Assembly: GCA_033809515.1 (NCBI GenBank)
Contig: JAPXLN010000001.1
Coordinates: forward strand, 158,101-222,100
From: Bacillota bacterium
GTDB lineage: Bacteria > Bacillota > Sulfobacillia > Fermentithermobacillales > Fermentithermobacillaceae
DNA: 64,000 bases
Reading direction: 5' to 3'
The translations under genes and the position numbers were made by a program. Position 1 is the first letter of the stretch. Each line of letters opens with the position of its first letter. The notes beneath the pieces are model-generated. The model was not told the DNA's origin, ran no database searches, and was given only the letters and a program-made list of their open reading frames with translations. This document shows, one piece after another, positions 26,480 through 35,041 of this stretch.

Positions 26480-27436
26480 CTACCGTGCAAGATCCTGAGC
26501 CAGGTCATAAAGGTCCATGTCAATAGCTTTCTTATGGCTCAAGACCTGCCCAACCGGAGTGGAAACGACCGCATCGCCCTTGATACCCATGACCAGGTCA
26601 GCCCCTCCGGCCAAAAGCGAGTCCACAGCTTTTGCCCCAAGCCTCGAGGCAATAAGCCTGTCAAAAGCAGTGGGAGCTCCTCCTCGCTGAACGTGCCCAA
26701 GGACGGTTACCCGGGTTTCAAGCCCCATGTGCCTCTCAATGTCCTTGGCCACTTCGAAACCGCTTACCGCCCCCTCGGCAACCACTATGATGCTGTGAAC
26801 CTTTCCACGGTCCAGCCCCCTGCGAAGCCTTTTGCACACTTCCTCCATGTCAGGCCTAAACTCAGGAACCAGGATAGCTTCAGCGCCTCCGGCGACTCCT
26901 ACAGCCAAAGCCAAATGCCCGGAATGACGCCCCATTGTCTCAATCACAAAGATCCGCTCATGAGAAGTGGCAGTATCTCTCAGGCGGTTAACAGCTTCGG
27001 TACCCGTATTCACCGCTGTATCAAAACCAATGCAAAAACCCGTATAAGCTATGTCATTGTCTATGGTGGCAGGGACTCCTATGGCCCTTACGTTGCGCTT
27101 ACACAGCTGTGCCATACCTCGAAGACTGCCCTCTCCGCCAATGACCACAAGCCCGTTAAGTCCTGCTCCGCGAACTCTTGCCGCGGCTAAATCCAATCCT
27201 TCAGGGTGCAGCATCCTTTCAGAACGGGCCGTATGCAGAATAGTCCCTCCGCGATGAATAATGTCCCCGACTGACTCCACACCCATCTTGACCATATCGC
27301 CGTCCAGAAGCCCGTCATATCCCCTCCTTATACCGAATATCCGGAGTTCCAGGGATATAGCCCGGCGCACCACAGCTCGAATGGCTGCATTCATGCCAGG
27401 TGCATCGCCGCCGCTTGTGAGAACTCCTATGTTCAT
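26480..27436 (-). CDS. pfkA: ATP-dependent 6-phosphofructokinase
   Basis: TSGGDAPGMNAA, GGTIL, TIDND, MGR, LGHVQRGG motifs. Confidence 0.96.
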   Translation of the reverse strand: MNIGVLTSGGDAPGMNAAIRAVVRRAISLELRIFGIRRGYDGLLDGDMVKMGVESVGDIIHRGGTILHTARSERMLHPEGLDLAAARVRGAGLNGLVVIGGEGSLRGMAQLCKRNVRAIGVPATIDNDIAYTGFCIGFDTAVNTGTEAVNRLRDTATSHERIFVIETMGRHSGHLALAVGVAGGAEAILVPEFRPDMEEVCKRLRRGLDRGKVHSIIVVAEGAVSGFEVAKDIERHMGLETRVTVLGHVQRGGAPTAFDRLIASRLGAKAVDSLLAGGADLVMGIKGDAVVSTPVGQVLSHKKAIDMDLYDLAQDLAR

Positions 27437-27437
27437 G

Positions 27438-27713
27438 CTATGCCTTAACAGCTCCTACCAGCTGCATTATCAGAGAGTGTGCCTCCTGCGCCTCGCTCTT
27501 GGGAACGAGTAGTTCCACGTGCCTTGACGAGCTGTCACAACCTGCACCATTACTTCGTAACATGACTAAGAGACCTTCTTGAGATAGCCTGTTCTTCATG
27601 GTTTCAGCTTGACGCCAGCCTGACGCAACATACACCACCGTCCACACAGGCAGGCCCATGCGCCCCGGAACCGGGGCTGCGGGCTTCCCTCCTTCCGCTA
27701 CCTGGTATTTCAC
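27438..27713 (-). CDS. Small conserved hypothetical protein (true start may be 27659 or 27647)
   Basis: WTVVYVA...L-x-x-EG...ELLVPKSEAQEA resembles a small protein often found near dnaE/pfkA in Bacillota. Confidence 0.65.
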   Translation of the reverse strand: MKYQVAEGGKPAAPVPGRMGLPVWTVVYVASGWRQAETMKNRLSQEGLLVMLRSNGAGCDSSSRHVELLVPKSEAQEAHSLIMQLVGAVKA

Positions 27714-27715
27714 CG

Positions 27716-30700
27716 CTAGGCTTCTTGACCCTGGGTGAGATACGTTTCAGCCTCTACGACATTGTTTGCCAATACCCGCCGGGTATCCTCCTGCTCTTCA
27801 AGGGTACCCTGAACAAACACTACGCTCTCCATAACCAGAAACCCTCTTACCCTCTGCCATAACCGGGGAAACACGATAACCTCCACAGACCCGAAATCAT
27901 CTTCAAGGGTCACGAAGCTCATTTCCTGACCCGTCCTTGTCCGGACTCTCTTCAGCGACGTAACAGAGCCCCCAACAGTCACCTCTCCCTTATCTTGCAC
28001 AGTATCGAGATCCGCTATTGGAAGGGCGTAGAGTCTAAGCGCTTCCTTATATTTCTCCAGAGGGTGACCGCTGAGATACATGCCGAGAAGCTCCCGTTCC
28101 CACGAAAGGCGAACATCCAAAGACACTTCCTGTTCCGTCTGCTTCGCCTGCCGCCCCGAAAACGCAACGTCGCCGTCGCCGAACAAAGAGGGCTGGTTGC
28201 GGGCAAAGACCGGGCGCGCCTTCATCACCTTATCGACTTGCTCCAGGTTCCAGTATCTTGTTCCAAAACAGTCACACGCCCCGCACTGTATCAAGCTTTC
28301 AAGGGCCTTCATGGTAAGCTGCTTCCCGTCAAGTCGCGCCGCCATATCCTCCAGGGAGGAAAACAAGCCTCTGGCTGTCCTTTCAGCAACCAGGGCACGG
28401 GCAAGCCCCTGGCCTACGTTCTTTATGCCTCCAAGGCCGTATCTGATACCATCCCCCTGAACAGAAAACTCGGTGTCGCTTCTATTGACATCGGGTCTGA
28501 ACACGTCCAGACCCAACCTCCTTGCCTCCTGAAGATAGACACCTACTTTGCCCTGAATTCCCGCTACCGACGACAAAAGCGCGGCTATAAATTGGCCCGG
28601 GTAGTTAGCTTTGAGGTAAGCTGTCTGGTATGCAACAAGAGCATAGGGCGCCGCGTGGTTCTTGTTGAAACCGTAGTCTGCAAATTTCAGTATGAGGTCG
28701 TATATTCGGTGGGCTGTGTCTAAAGGCAGCCCTTTTTGGCAGGCCCCTTCGATAAACTTCTCCTCCATGGTTATGAGCAAGTCGCGTTTTTTCTTACCCA
28801 CAGCGTGCCTCAAGACATCAGCCTGGCCCATGGTAAAACCGGCCACGTGAGAGGCTATCTTGAGTATCTGTTCCTGATAGACAAGAACACCGTAAGTCTC
28901 CTTTAGCACAGGCTCAAGAACCGGATGAAGGTACTCAGGCTCTCCGAACCGGGCCCTTATGAACTCAGGAATCTGCTCCATAGGACCGGGCCTGCACAGG
29001 GCAACAGCCGCAATGATATCTTTGAACTCAGCCGGTTTGAGTTCCTTGAGAAAGTCCCTGACCCATGACGACTCAAGCTGAAACACGCCAACAGATTCGC
29101 CCCCGGCAAGCATGTGGTAAGTCTTCCTGTCATCAAGAGGGATGTTGTCAATATCCAGACTCCCACAGCCCCTGTTCACCATGTCAACGGTCTTTTGTAT
29201 CACAGTTAAGGTCCGCAGGGCCAGAAAATCCATCTTTAGCAGGCCCAGGCTTTCCAGGTCCTCCATTGGGTACTGGGTGGTAATGGCCCCCTCCCCTGTC
29301 CTGGCCAGGGGGACAGAATCCCAGAGGGGCCCCTTGCCTATGACAATGCCGGCAGCATGGACCGAAGAATGCCTGGGCATCCCCTCCAGCTCCATGGCAG
29401 CCTCCAAAAGGTCCCCGAAATCCCCTGTACGCATTTGGGAGAGTTCGGGCGTCATCTCCAGAGCCTTTTCAATGGTCATGCCCGGCTGGTATGGGATCAT
29501 CTTGGCAATCCGGTCTACGTCTCCGTAGGGAAGCCCCAGGGCTCGTCCGACATCTCGCACTGCAGCCCTGGCTGCCATAGTCCCGAAGGTAATGACCTGC
29601 GCAACCCTGTCTTTTCCGTATCTCCTGCGGACATACTCGATTACTTCGTCTCTTCTGTCATCCTGAAAATCAATGTCAATGTCCGGCATGGTTACCCGAT
29701 CTGGGTTAAGAAACCTCTCAAAAACAAGATCATTTTGGATAGGGTCTATGTTCGTGATGCCCAGAGAGTAGGCGACCAGGCTGCCTGCGGCAGATCCCCT
29801 GCCAGGCCCCACTGCAATCCCTTGGGACCTGGCGTAATTCACGAAATCTGAGACTATAAGAAAATACGATGAATACCCCATTCGCTCAATCATCTGAAGC
29901 TCATGTTCCAGTCGCTCTCTTTGCAGGCTGCCAATCTTTCCGCAGGTCCTGGCCTCAAGTCCCCGGGTAGCCAGTTCCCGCAGGAAAGAGGCGGGCGTCA
30001 GACCCGGGCCAAGGGGGTACTCGGGCAAGCGAACTTGGTTGAATTCCAGTTTGACATGGCACATATCCGCAATCCGCAGCGTATTGCTGACGGCATCAGG
30101 CAGATCATTAAACACTGCTTCCATCTCCTGAGGCGTCTTAAGGTAGAACTCATCCCCCGGAAACGTAAGCCTTCTGGGGTCCTCGAGAGTGGTGCCTGTC
30201 TGTATGGCCAGTAGAATCTCATGGTATTTGGCATCAGATCTGTCCAGGTAGTGACAGTCGTTGGTCGCCACCAGAGGAACCTTCATGCGCCGCGAAAGCT
30301 CTACAAGACCTGCGTTTATCTTCTCCTGGCCAGGAACGGCGTTTCGCTGTATCTCCAGGAACACATTTCCTTGTCCGAAGACATCTAAATACCTTCCCAG
30401 GCTCTCTGCAGCCTTCCCCGGCAAGCCGTTAGCCAGGTACCAGGGGACTTCTCCGTCCAGGCACGCCGTAAGAGCGAGAAGGCCCTTTGAGTGCTCATTG
30501 AGCACCTCCAGGTCCACCCTGGGCTTGTAGTAGAACCCTTCCAGGAAGCCCCGGGAAACGATTTTCATGAGGTTTCTGTACCCGGTATCATCTTTGGCCA
30601 GAAGGACCAGGTGGAAGGGTCTGTCAGCGGTTCCGCCCGTCCGGACATTCCGTGATTCCCTGGCCACGTAGACCTCACACCCTATGATCGGGCGGATCCC

Positions 30701-30871
30701 AACGCCTTGGCAAGCCTGGTAAAACTGAACCCCACCGTACATTGTCCCGTGGTCGGTTATGGCCAGGGAATCCATGCCTAGCTCCCGTGTGCGGGAGCAG
30801 AGATCCTTGATCTTACAGGCGCCATCCAGAAGACTCCATTCTGTGTGTACATGCAGATGCACAAAGCTCAT
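27716..30871 (-). CDS. dnaE: DNA polymerase III alpha subunit
   Basis: HLHVHTEWSLLDG PHP domain, GPGRGSAAGS, MPDIDIDF, GLLKMDFL, YGFNKNHA, OB fold. Confidence 0.97.
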   Translation of the reverse strand: MSFVHLHVHTEWSLLDGACKIKDLCSRTRELGMDSLAITDHGTMYGGVQFYQACQGVGIRPIIGCEVYVARESRNVRTGGTADRPFHLVLLAKDDTGYRNLMKIVSRGFLEGFYYKPRVDLEVLNEHSKGLLALTACLDGEVPWYLANGLPGKAAESLGRYLDVFGQGNVFLEIQRNAVPGQEKINAGLVELSRRMKVPLVATNDCHYLDRSDAKYHEILLAIQTGTTLEDPRRLTFPGDEFYLKTPQEMEAVFNDLPDAVSNTLRIADMCHVKLEFNQVRLPEYPLGPGLTPASFLRELATRGLEARTCGKIGSLQRERLEHELQMIERMGYSSYFLIVSDFVNYARSQGIAVGPGRGSAAGSLVAYSLGITNIDPIQNDLVFERFLNPDRVTMPDIDIDFQDDRRDEVIEYVRRRYGKDRVAQVITFGTMAARAAVRDVGRALGLPYGDVDRIAKMIPYQPGMTIEKALEMTPELSQMRTGDFGDLLEAAMELEGMPRHSSVHAAGIVIGKGPLWDSVPLARTGEGAITTQYPMEDLESLGLLKMDFLALRTLTVIQKTVDMVNRGCGSLDIDNIPLDDRKTYHMLAGGESVGVFQLESSWVRDFLKELKPAEFKDIIAAVALCRPGPMEQIPEFIRARFGEPEYLHPVLEPVLKETYGVLVYQEQILKIASHVAGFTMGQADVLRHAVGKKKRDLLITMEEKFIEGACQKGLPLDTAHRIYDLILKFADYGFNKNHAAPYALVAYQTAYLKANYPGQFIAALLSSVAGIQGKVGVYLQEARRLGLDVFRPDVNRSDTEFSVQGDGIRYGLGGIKNVGQGLARALVAERTARGLFSSLEDMAARLDGKQLTMKALESLIQCGACDCFGTRYWNLEQVDKVMKARPVFARNQPSLFGDGDVAFSGRQAKQTEQEVSLDVRLSWERELLGMYLSGHPLEKYKEALRLYALPIADLDTVQDKGEVTVGGSVTSLKRVRTRTGQEMSFVTLEDDFGSVEVIVFPRLWQRVRGFLVMESVVFVQGTLEEQEDTRRVLANNVVEAETYLTQGQEA

Positions 30872-30956
30872 ACCAGATTTTGCCCCCAAGCTATACCAAT
30901 CATGACAACCTTCATGTAGAATGAAAACCAGACCACAATCAAGAAGGTGAAAGAGC

Positions 30957-31151
30957 GTGCCCTGGAAATTTTGCCCTCGATGCAAGGACATATCCTACAG
31001 TGCTGCTACCCAATACGAGTCGTGGCCATGCCCTCACTGCGGAACTAACCTCAAAACTGAGCCTGAATACGATATCCATGAAGCAAGAGCTCTGCGTGAA
31101 AGAACCGCAACAGATAAGCCACAGGAGCAGCGCGAAAAGCAGGCTCCATAG
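30957..31151 (+). CDS. Small zinc-ribbon protein
   Basis: CPRC-x3-SYSA...W-x-CPHCG; AAGGTG RBS; divergent from dnaE. Confidence 0.7.
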   Translation: MPWKFCPRCKDISYSAATQYESWPCPHCGTNLKTEPEYDIHEARALRERTATDKPQEQREKQAP

Positions 31152-31233
31152 GCTTTCATAGCATCGCAGCCGTAAACTATGGAAACGCACCGTCAGACGC
31201 ATTGTCAAACGCAGCCTCCTATAACCCCGTTCG

Positions 31234-31896
31234 CTATGAAGGGCCAGAGTCCTTCCTTGCGTTACGGAGATGGCAGCTGCCTGCAAGCGGGCAGCAGGAG
31301 CACCTGGGATTAGACGCTTTGCACAGCTTTCGTCCATGCTCAACCAGGAGAAGATGCAACGGAAGCTTCATGTGATCAGGAACCAGCATCTCCAGTTCCA
31401 TCTGGGCCCGAGCTGCCGAAGCCGTTTGCGAAACCAGCCCCAGCCTTCCACACACCCGGAGAACATGGGTATCAACAGGGAAAGCAGGCTGTCCTAACCC
31501 GAAAACCTGGACACAAGCGGCCGTCTTGGGACCAACACCTGTCAATGAAGTAAGATAGTCAAAGGCCTTTTCGGGCGTGACCGACCGAAGAGGCTCGAGG
31601 GAAAGCTCGCCAAAATCCCTCTTTATCGTCGCAAAAGCTGCACGAATTGACCGCGTCTTCTGGCGCTGAAGGCCGCATACGGATATTTCCTTTTCAATCT
31701 CAGACTCCTTGCTGCATAACAGGTCTTCCCATGACGTATACCGCTTTTTGAGATTCTGAAAAGCTCGCAGGCTGAGATTGTCGCCGGTGTTTTGAGACAA
31801 GATGGTTGCGATCAATACTTCCAAAGGATTTCCCCCAAGGGGCTCCAGGAGCTGTGAGCGAACCGAAGGATAGATTCGTTCAAGAGCTTTCATCAC
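31234..31896 (-). CDS. nth: Endonuclease III family HhH-GPD DNA glycosylase
   Basis: ILSQNT, LTGVGPKTA HhH, FPVDTHV, C-x6-C-x2-C-x5-C 4Fe-4S motif. Confidence 0.88.
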   Translation of the reverse strand: MMKALERIYPSVRSQLLEPLGGNPLEVLIATILSQNTGDNLSLRAFQNLKKRYTSWEDLLCSKESEIEKEISVCGLQRQKTRSIRAAFATIKRDFGELSLEPLRSVTPEKAFDYLTSLTGVGPKTAACVQVFGLGQPAFPVDTHVLRVCGRLGLVSQTASAARAQMELEMLVPDHMKLPLHLLLVEHGRKLCKASNPRCSCCPLAGSCHLRNARKDSGPS

Positions 31897-31918
31897 ATCG
31901 ATGAGCTGTATGGCATGG

Positions 31919-33358
31919 TCACCTCAATCTCTCCACTGCAGCCTTAAACGCCCTTCCTCGCTCCTCAAAGTTGGGGAACATATCGAAACTGGCACACGCA
32001 GGGGAAAGAGCTACTGAGAAACCCGGCTGCGCCTCTGCTGTTGCTATGGATACGGCATCCTCCAGGGAAACAGCTCTCGTCAGATCCGGACGGCGCCCCC
32101 GGCGGCATTCGGCCCAAGCTCTTCCTATGGCTTCTTCTATCTTTTTTGCCGTGCTGCCCAGGGTAACTACAACACAGCCTCTAGAGACAATCTCGCGAGC
32201 CAAGTCGTCAAAGGGCAGCCCCTTGTCGTAGCCCCCGAGAATAAGGACCAGAGGGCCTTGCACCGCATCCATCAGGGCAAGCGTACGATCGGGCGAGGTG
32301 GCAATAGAATCGTTGTAGAAATTGACCCCTCTCAAAGTCCTAACCAGCTCTATTCTGTGTTCAACGCCTCTAAAAGCTTTGACGGCCCGCCTGATGCCTT
32401 CAGGAGTAGCGCCTGCAAGACCTGCCACAAGAGCGGCCCCTAGCACGTTGGAGACGTTATGTAAGCCAGGCACCTGAAAATCAGACCTTGAGGCCACCGC
32501 TGCAAGGTCTGGCCACACAGCGCTTACCACCAGATCCTCACCGTCAAGCCAGGCTCCTACCCCTTCTGGGTACCGGGCAAGAGCCTGGCTTACAGCTTCT
32601 GCGTCAAGGGAAAAAAAGCCGACTCGGCCAGGGCATTGAGGTGCGAATCCCCTGGTCTTGGGATCATCCAGGTTAAGGATACACCGATCATGTTGCCCTT
32701 GAAACCGGAATATGCGCTTCTTGGCAGCCACGTAATCTTCAAAAGTCTCGTGCACATCCAGATGATTGGGCCTTACGTTCAGAACCAGCGCTATAGAGGG
32801 GCTCACCGTGGCAAGCTCCAACTGAAAGCTAGAAAGCTCCAGGACCACTATGGCATCCTCTTCAATCTCATCTACATTCTCTATAAGGACCGACCCGATA
32901 TTGCCGCCGACATACACAGGACGGTCCAAAAAACTCTCTTTCAGCATCATGCCGAGCACGGTAGTCGCAGTGGTCTTGCCGGCGCTTCCGGTCACGCCAA
33001 CTACCTTGCCCCTGCATCTTCGCATGAGAAGGTCTGTCTCACAGGATACGACGGCACCGTTTGCCCTGGCCCGGGCAATCTCAGGAAGGTTTTTCTTCAT
33101 GCCGGGCGTAAGGAATATCTCCTTGTACTCAGGCAATGAACAGAGGTACCCCGGCCCAAGGCTCCACGAGACTCCCAGGGCACTGAGTTCCTCAAAGGTC
33201 TGCCCCAACTCATCCCGACTCTTTCGGTCGAAGCAACTTACTCGGGCTCCTTTTTTTGCCAGGTACCTACAAAGAGCTTTGTTGGATTTCCCCACACCCA
33301 CTACCGCCACACGGCGGCCCTGAAAACTGCCTGAGCCAATGCCTGTCGTATCACTCAC
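31919..33358 (-). CDS. murD: UDP-N-acetylmuramoyl-L-alanine--D-glutamate ligase
   Basis: VTGSAGKTT, GGNIG, LELSSFQL, NHLD, YNDS, LGGYDKG, SPACASFD motifs. Confidence 0.95.
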   Translation of the reverse strand: MSDTTGIGSGSFQGRRVAVVGVGKSNKALCRYLAKKGARVSCFDRKSRDELGQTFEELSALGVSWSLGPGYLCSLPEYKEIFLTPGMKKNLPEIARARANGAVVSCETDLLMRRCRGKVVGVTGSAGKTTATTVLGMMLKESFLDRPVYVGGNIGSVLIENVDEIEEDAIVVLELSSFQLELATVSPSIALVLNVRPNHLDVHETFEDYVAAKKRIFRFQGQHDRCILNLDDPKTRGFAPQCPGRVGFFSLDAEAVSQALARYPEGVGAWLDGEDLVVSAVWPDLAAVASRSDFQVPGLHNVSNVLGAALVAGLAGATPEGIRRAVKAFRGVEHRIELVRTLRGVNFYNDSIATSPDRTLALMDAVQGPLVLILGGYDKGLPFDDLAREIVSRGCVVVTLGSTAKKIEEAIGRAWAECRRGRRPDLTRAVSLEDAVSIATAEAQPGFSVALSPACASFDMFPNFEERGRAFKAAVERLR

Positions 33359-33377
33359 TCCCTCCTATGCAATGCTG

Positions 33378-34568
33378 CTACTCTAGGGTCTCCAGCAGCT
33401 TGCCAAGACGGTTCAGCCCCTCTTCTATCTTGGCCATTGAGGTGGCGTAGGAGAATCTGAGGTTGCCGGCCGTACCGAACCCTGCTCCCGGCACCACAGC
33501 TATCCGGCCGTCGTCAAGAAGAATGTCTGCCAGATCAACGTCACTGGATATGACCTTGCCCGCCAGTTTCTTTCCAAACAGACCTGTGACGTCAGGGTAG
33601 ACGTAGAACGCGCCGGGCGGAGTCAGGCACTTGAACCCGGGCATCTCGTTAAGGCGCTTTACCATATAGTCGCGCCTCTTCTTGAACTCAAGGCGCATGG
33701 CCTCCAGGGGTTCCTGAGGTCCGGTAAGCCCGGCTACGGCAGCTTTTTGCGAAATCGACGTTGGGTTAGATGTGGAATGGCTCTGCACGTTAGACATGGC
33801 GGATATGACATCCTGGGGGCCTGCGGCGTACCCAATGCGCCAGCCTGTCATGGCATAGGCCTTTGATACACCGTTGACTGTGACGGTTATATCTTTGGCC
33901 TCCGGCCCCAGAGCTGCAAAGGACACGTGCTCGCCTTCATAGATAAGCTTCTCGTATATCTCGTCCGACACTACAGCGATGTCATGCTTTAAGCATACCT
34001 CAGCTATCCCTTCAAGCTCCCGGCGAGTGTAGACAGCGCCTGTAGGGTTTGACGGTGTATTGAGAATGAGAAGTGACGTCTTGGGCGTAACTGCGTTTTC
34101 CAGGGCCTTTGGGGTAATCTTGAACCCAGACTCAATGCCCCCGGGCACGACAACAGGGTTTCCTCCGGCAAACCGAACCATCTCCGGGTAGCTCACCCAG
34201 TAAGGCGCCGGTATGAGAACATCGTCTCCCTGGTCACACAAAGCTACAACAGCGTTAAAAATAGAGTGTTTGGCCCCGGCCGATACAAGGACCTCTTTCG
34301 GGGTGTAGTCAAGACCATTGTCTCGCCGGAACTTGTCACATACTGCCTCTTTCAGCTCAGGGATCCCTGATGACGGCGTATACTTGGTAAACCCTGATTG
34401 GATAGCTTCTTTGCCTGCTTCCTTGATGTGGGCCGGTGTGTCAAAATCAGGCTCACCGACACCAAAACTGACAATGTCTACACCGGCTCGCTGAAGACTC
34501 TTGGTTTTGGCATCCAGTGCCAAAGTCGGTGATTGCCTTATGGATCTGGCGCGAAACGACAACCTCAT
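33378..34568 (-). CDS. PLP-dependent class I aminotransferase (aspartate aminotransferase-like)
   Basis: GEPDF, GAKH, PYWVSY, NTPSNPTG, SDEIY, SKAYAMTGWRIG. Confidence 0.93.
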   Translation of the reverse strand: MRLSFRARSIRQSPTLALDAKTKSLQRAGVDIVSFGVGEPDFDTPAHIKEAGKEAIQSGFTKYTPSSGIPELKEAVCDKFRRDNGLDYTPKEVLVSAGAKHSIFNAVVALCDQGDDVLIPAPYWVSYPEMVRFAGGNPVVVPGGIESGFKITPKALENAVTPKTSLLILNTPSNPTGAVYTRRELEGIAEVCLKHDIAVVSDEIYEKLIYEGEHVSFAALGPEAKDITVTVNGVSKAYAMTGWRIGYAAGPQDVISAMSNVQSHSTSNPTSISQKAAVAGLTGPQEPLEAMRLEFKKRRDYMVKRLNEMPGFKCLTPPGAFYVYPDVTGLFGKKLAGKVISSDVDLADILLDDGRIAVVPGAGFGTAGNLRFSYATSMAKIEEGLNRLGKLLETLE

Positions 34569-34738
34569 ATGTAACCCTCCATAGAATATAGATGGTAGAA
34601 TTAATATAGCCTATATATCGGCTCTGTGGCGAATCTTCTCCGAGTCACCAGGTGAGGTTTCTTGAAGCGGTCGAACAAAACCTTCTTTTTGAGTCACCAA
34701 TATCATACTTGAGGGTCTAGGGAAACCCAGGTGAGGCA

Positions 34739-34954
34739 ATGAAGCGAAACCGGTCCTACATGGGATTCGTATCCATACTAGGGTTTGGCCTGTTGGTGAC
34801 AACATCAGCCCTTGTGGGCCTGTACGTTGGCACCCTTCTTGACAGACGCTCGGGAAAAACCATTTTTGCCCCCTTGTTCCTTTTGGCCGGCTTACTGGCA
34901 GGATTCCACCGTGCCTACATAAGCATTAAATCCGTTCTCAACAAGGACAGATAG
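34739..34954 (+). CDS. AtpZ/AtpI-like small two-TM protein
   Basis: G-x-x-x-G-x-x-LD...P-x-F-x-x-x-G-x-x-AGF pattern; AGGTGAGG RBS. Confidence 0.7.
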   Translation: MKRNRSYMGFVSILGFGLLVTTSALVGLYVGTLLDRRSGKTIFAPLFLLAGLLAGFHRAYISIKSVLNKDR

Positions 34955-34963
34955 CACCTCAAA

Positions 34964-34988
34964 GGGAATAGCTTAATCTTTGTAGAAT
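34964..34988 (+). promoter_or_regulatory. SigH-like promoter upstream of the 857-aa membrane protein
   Basis: GGGAATA-N11-GTAGAAT. Confidence 0.45.
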
Positions 34989-35041
34989 GTAGCCGTAAAT
35001 CGCGCCTGCGGCTTTTCCCAGGATATTGGAGGGATAGTACC

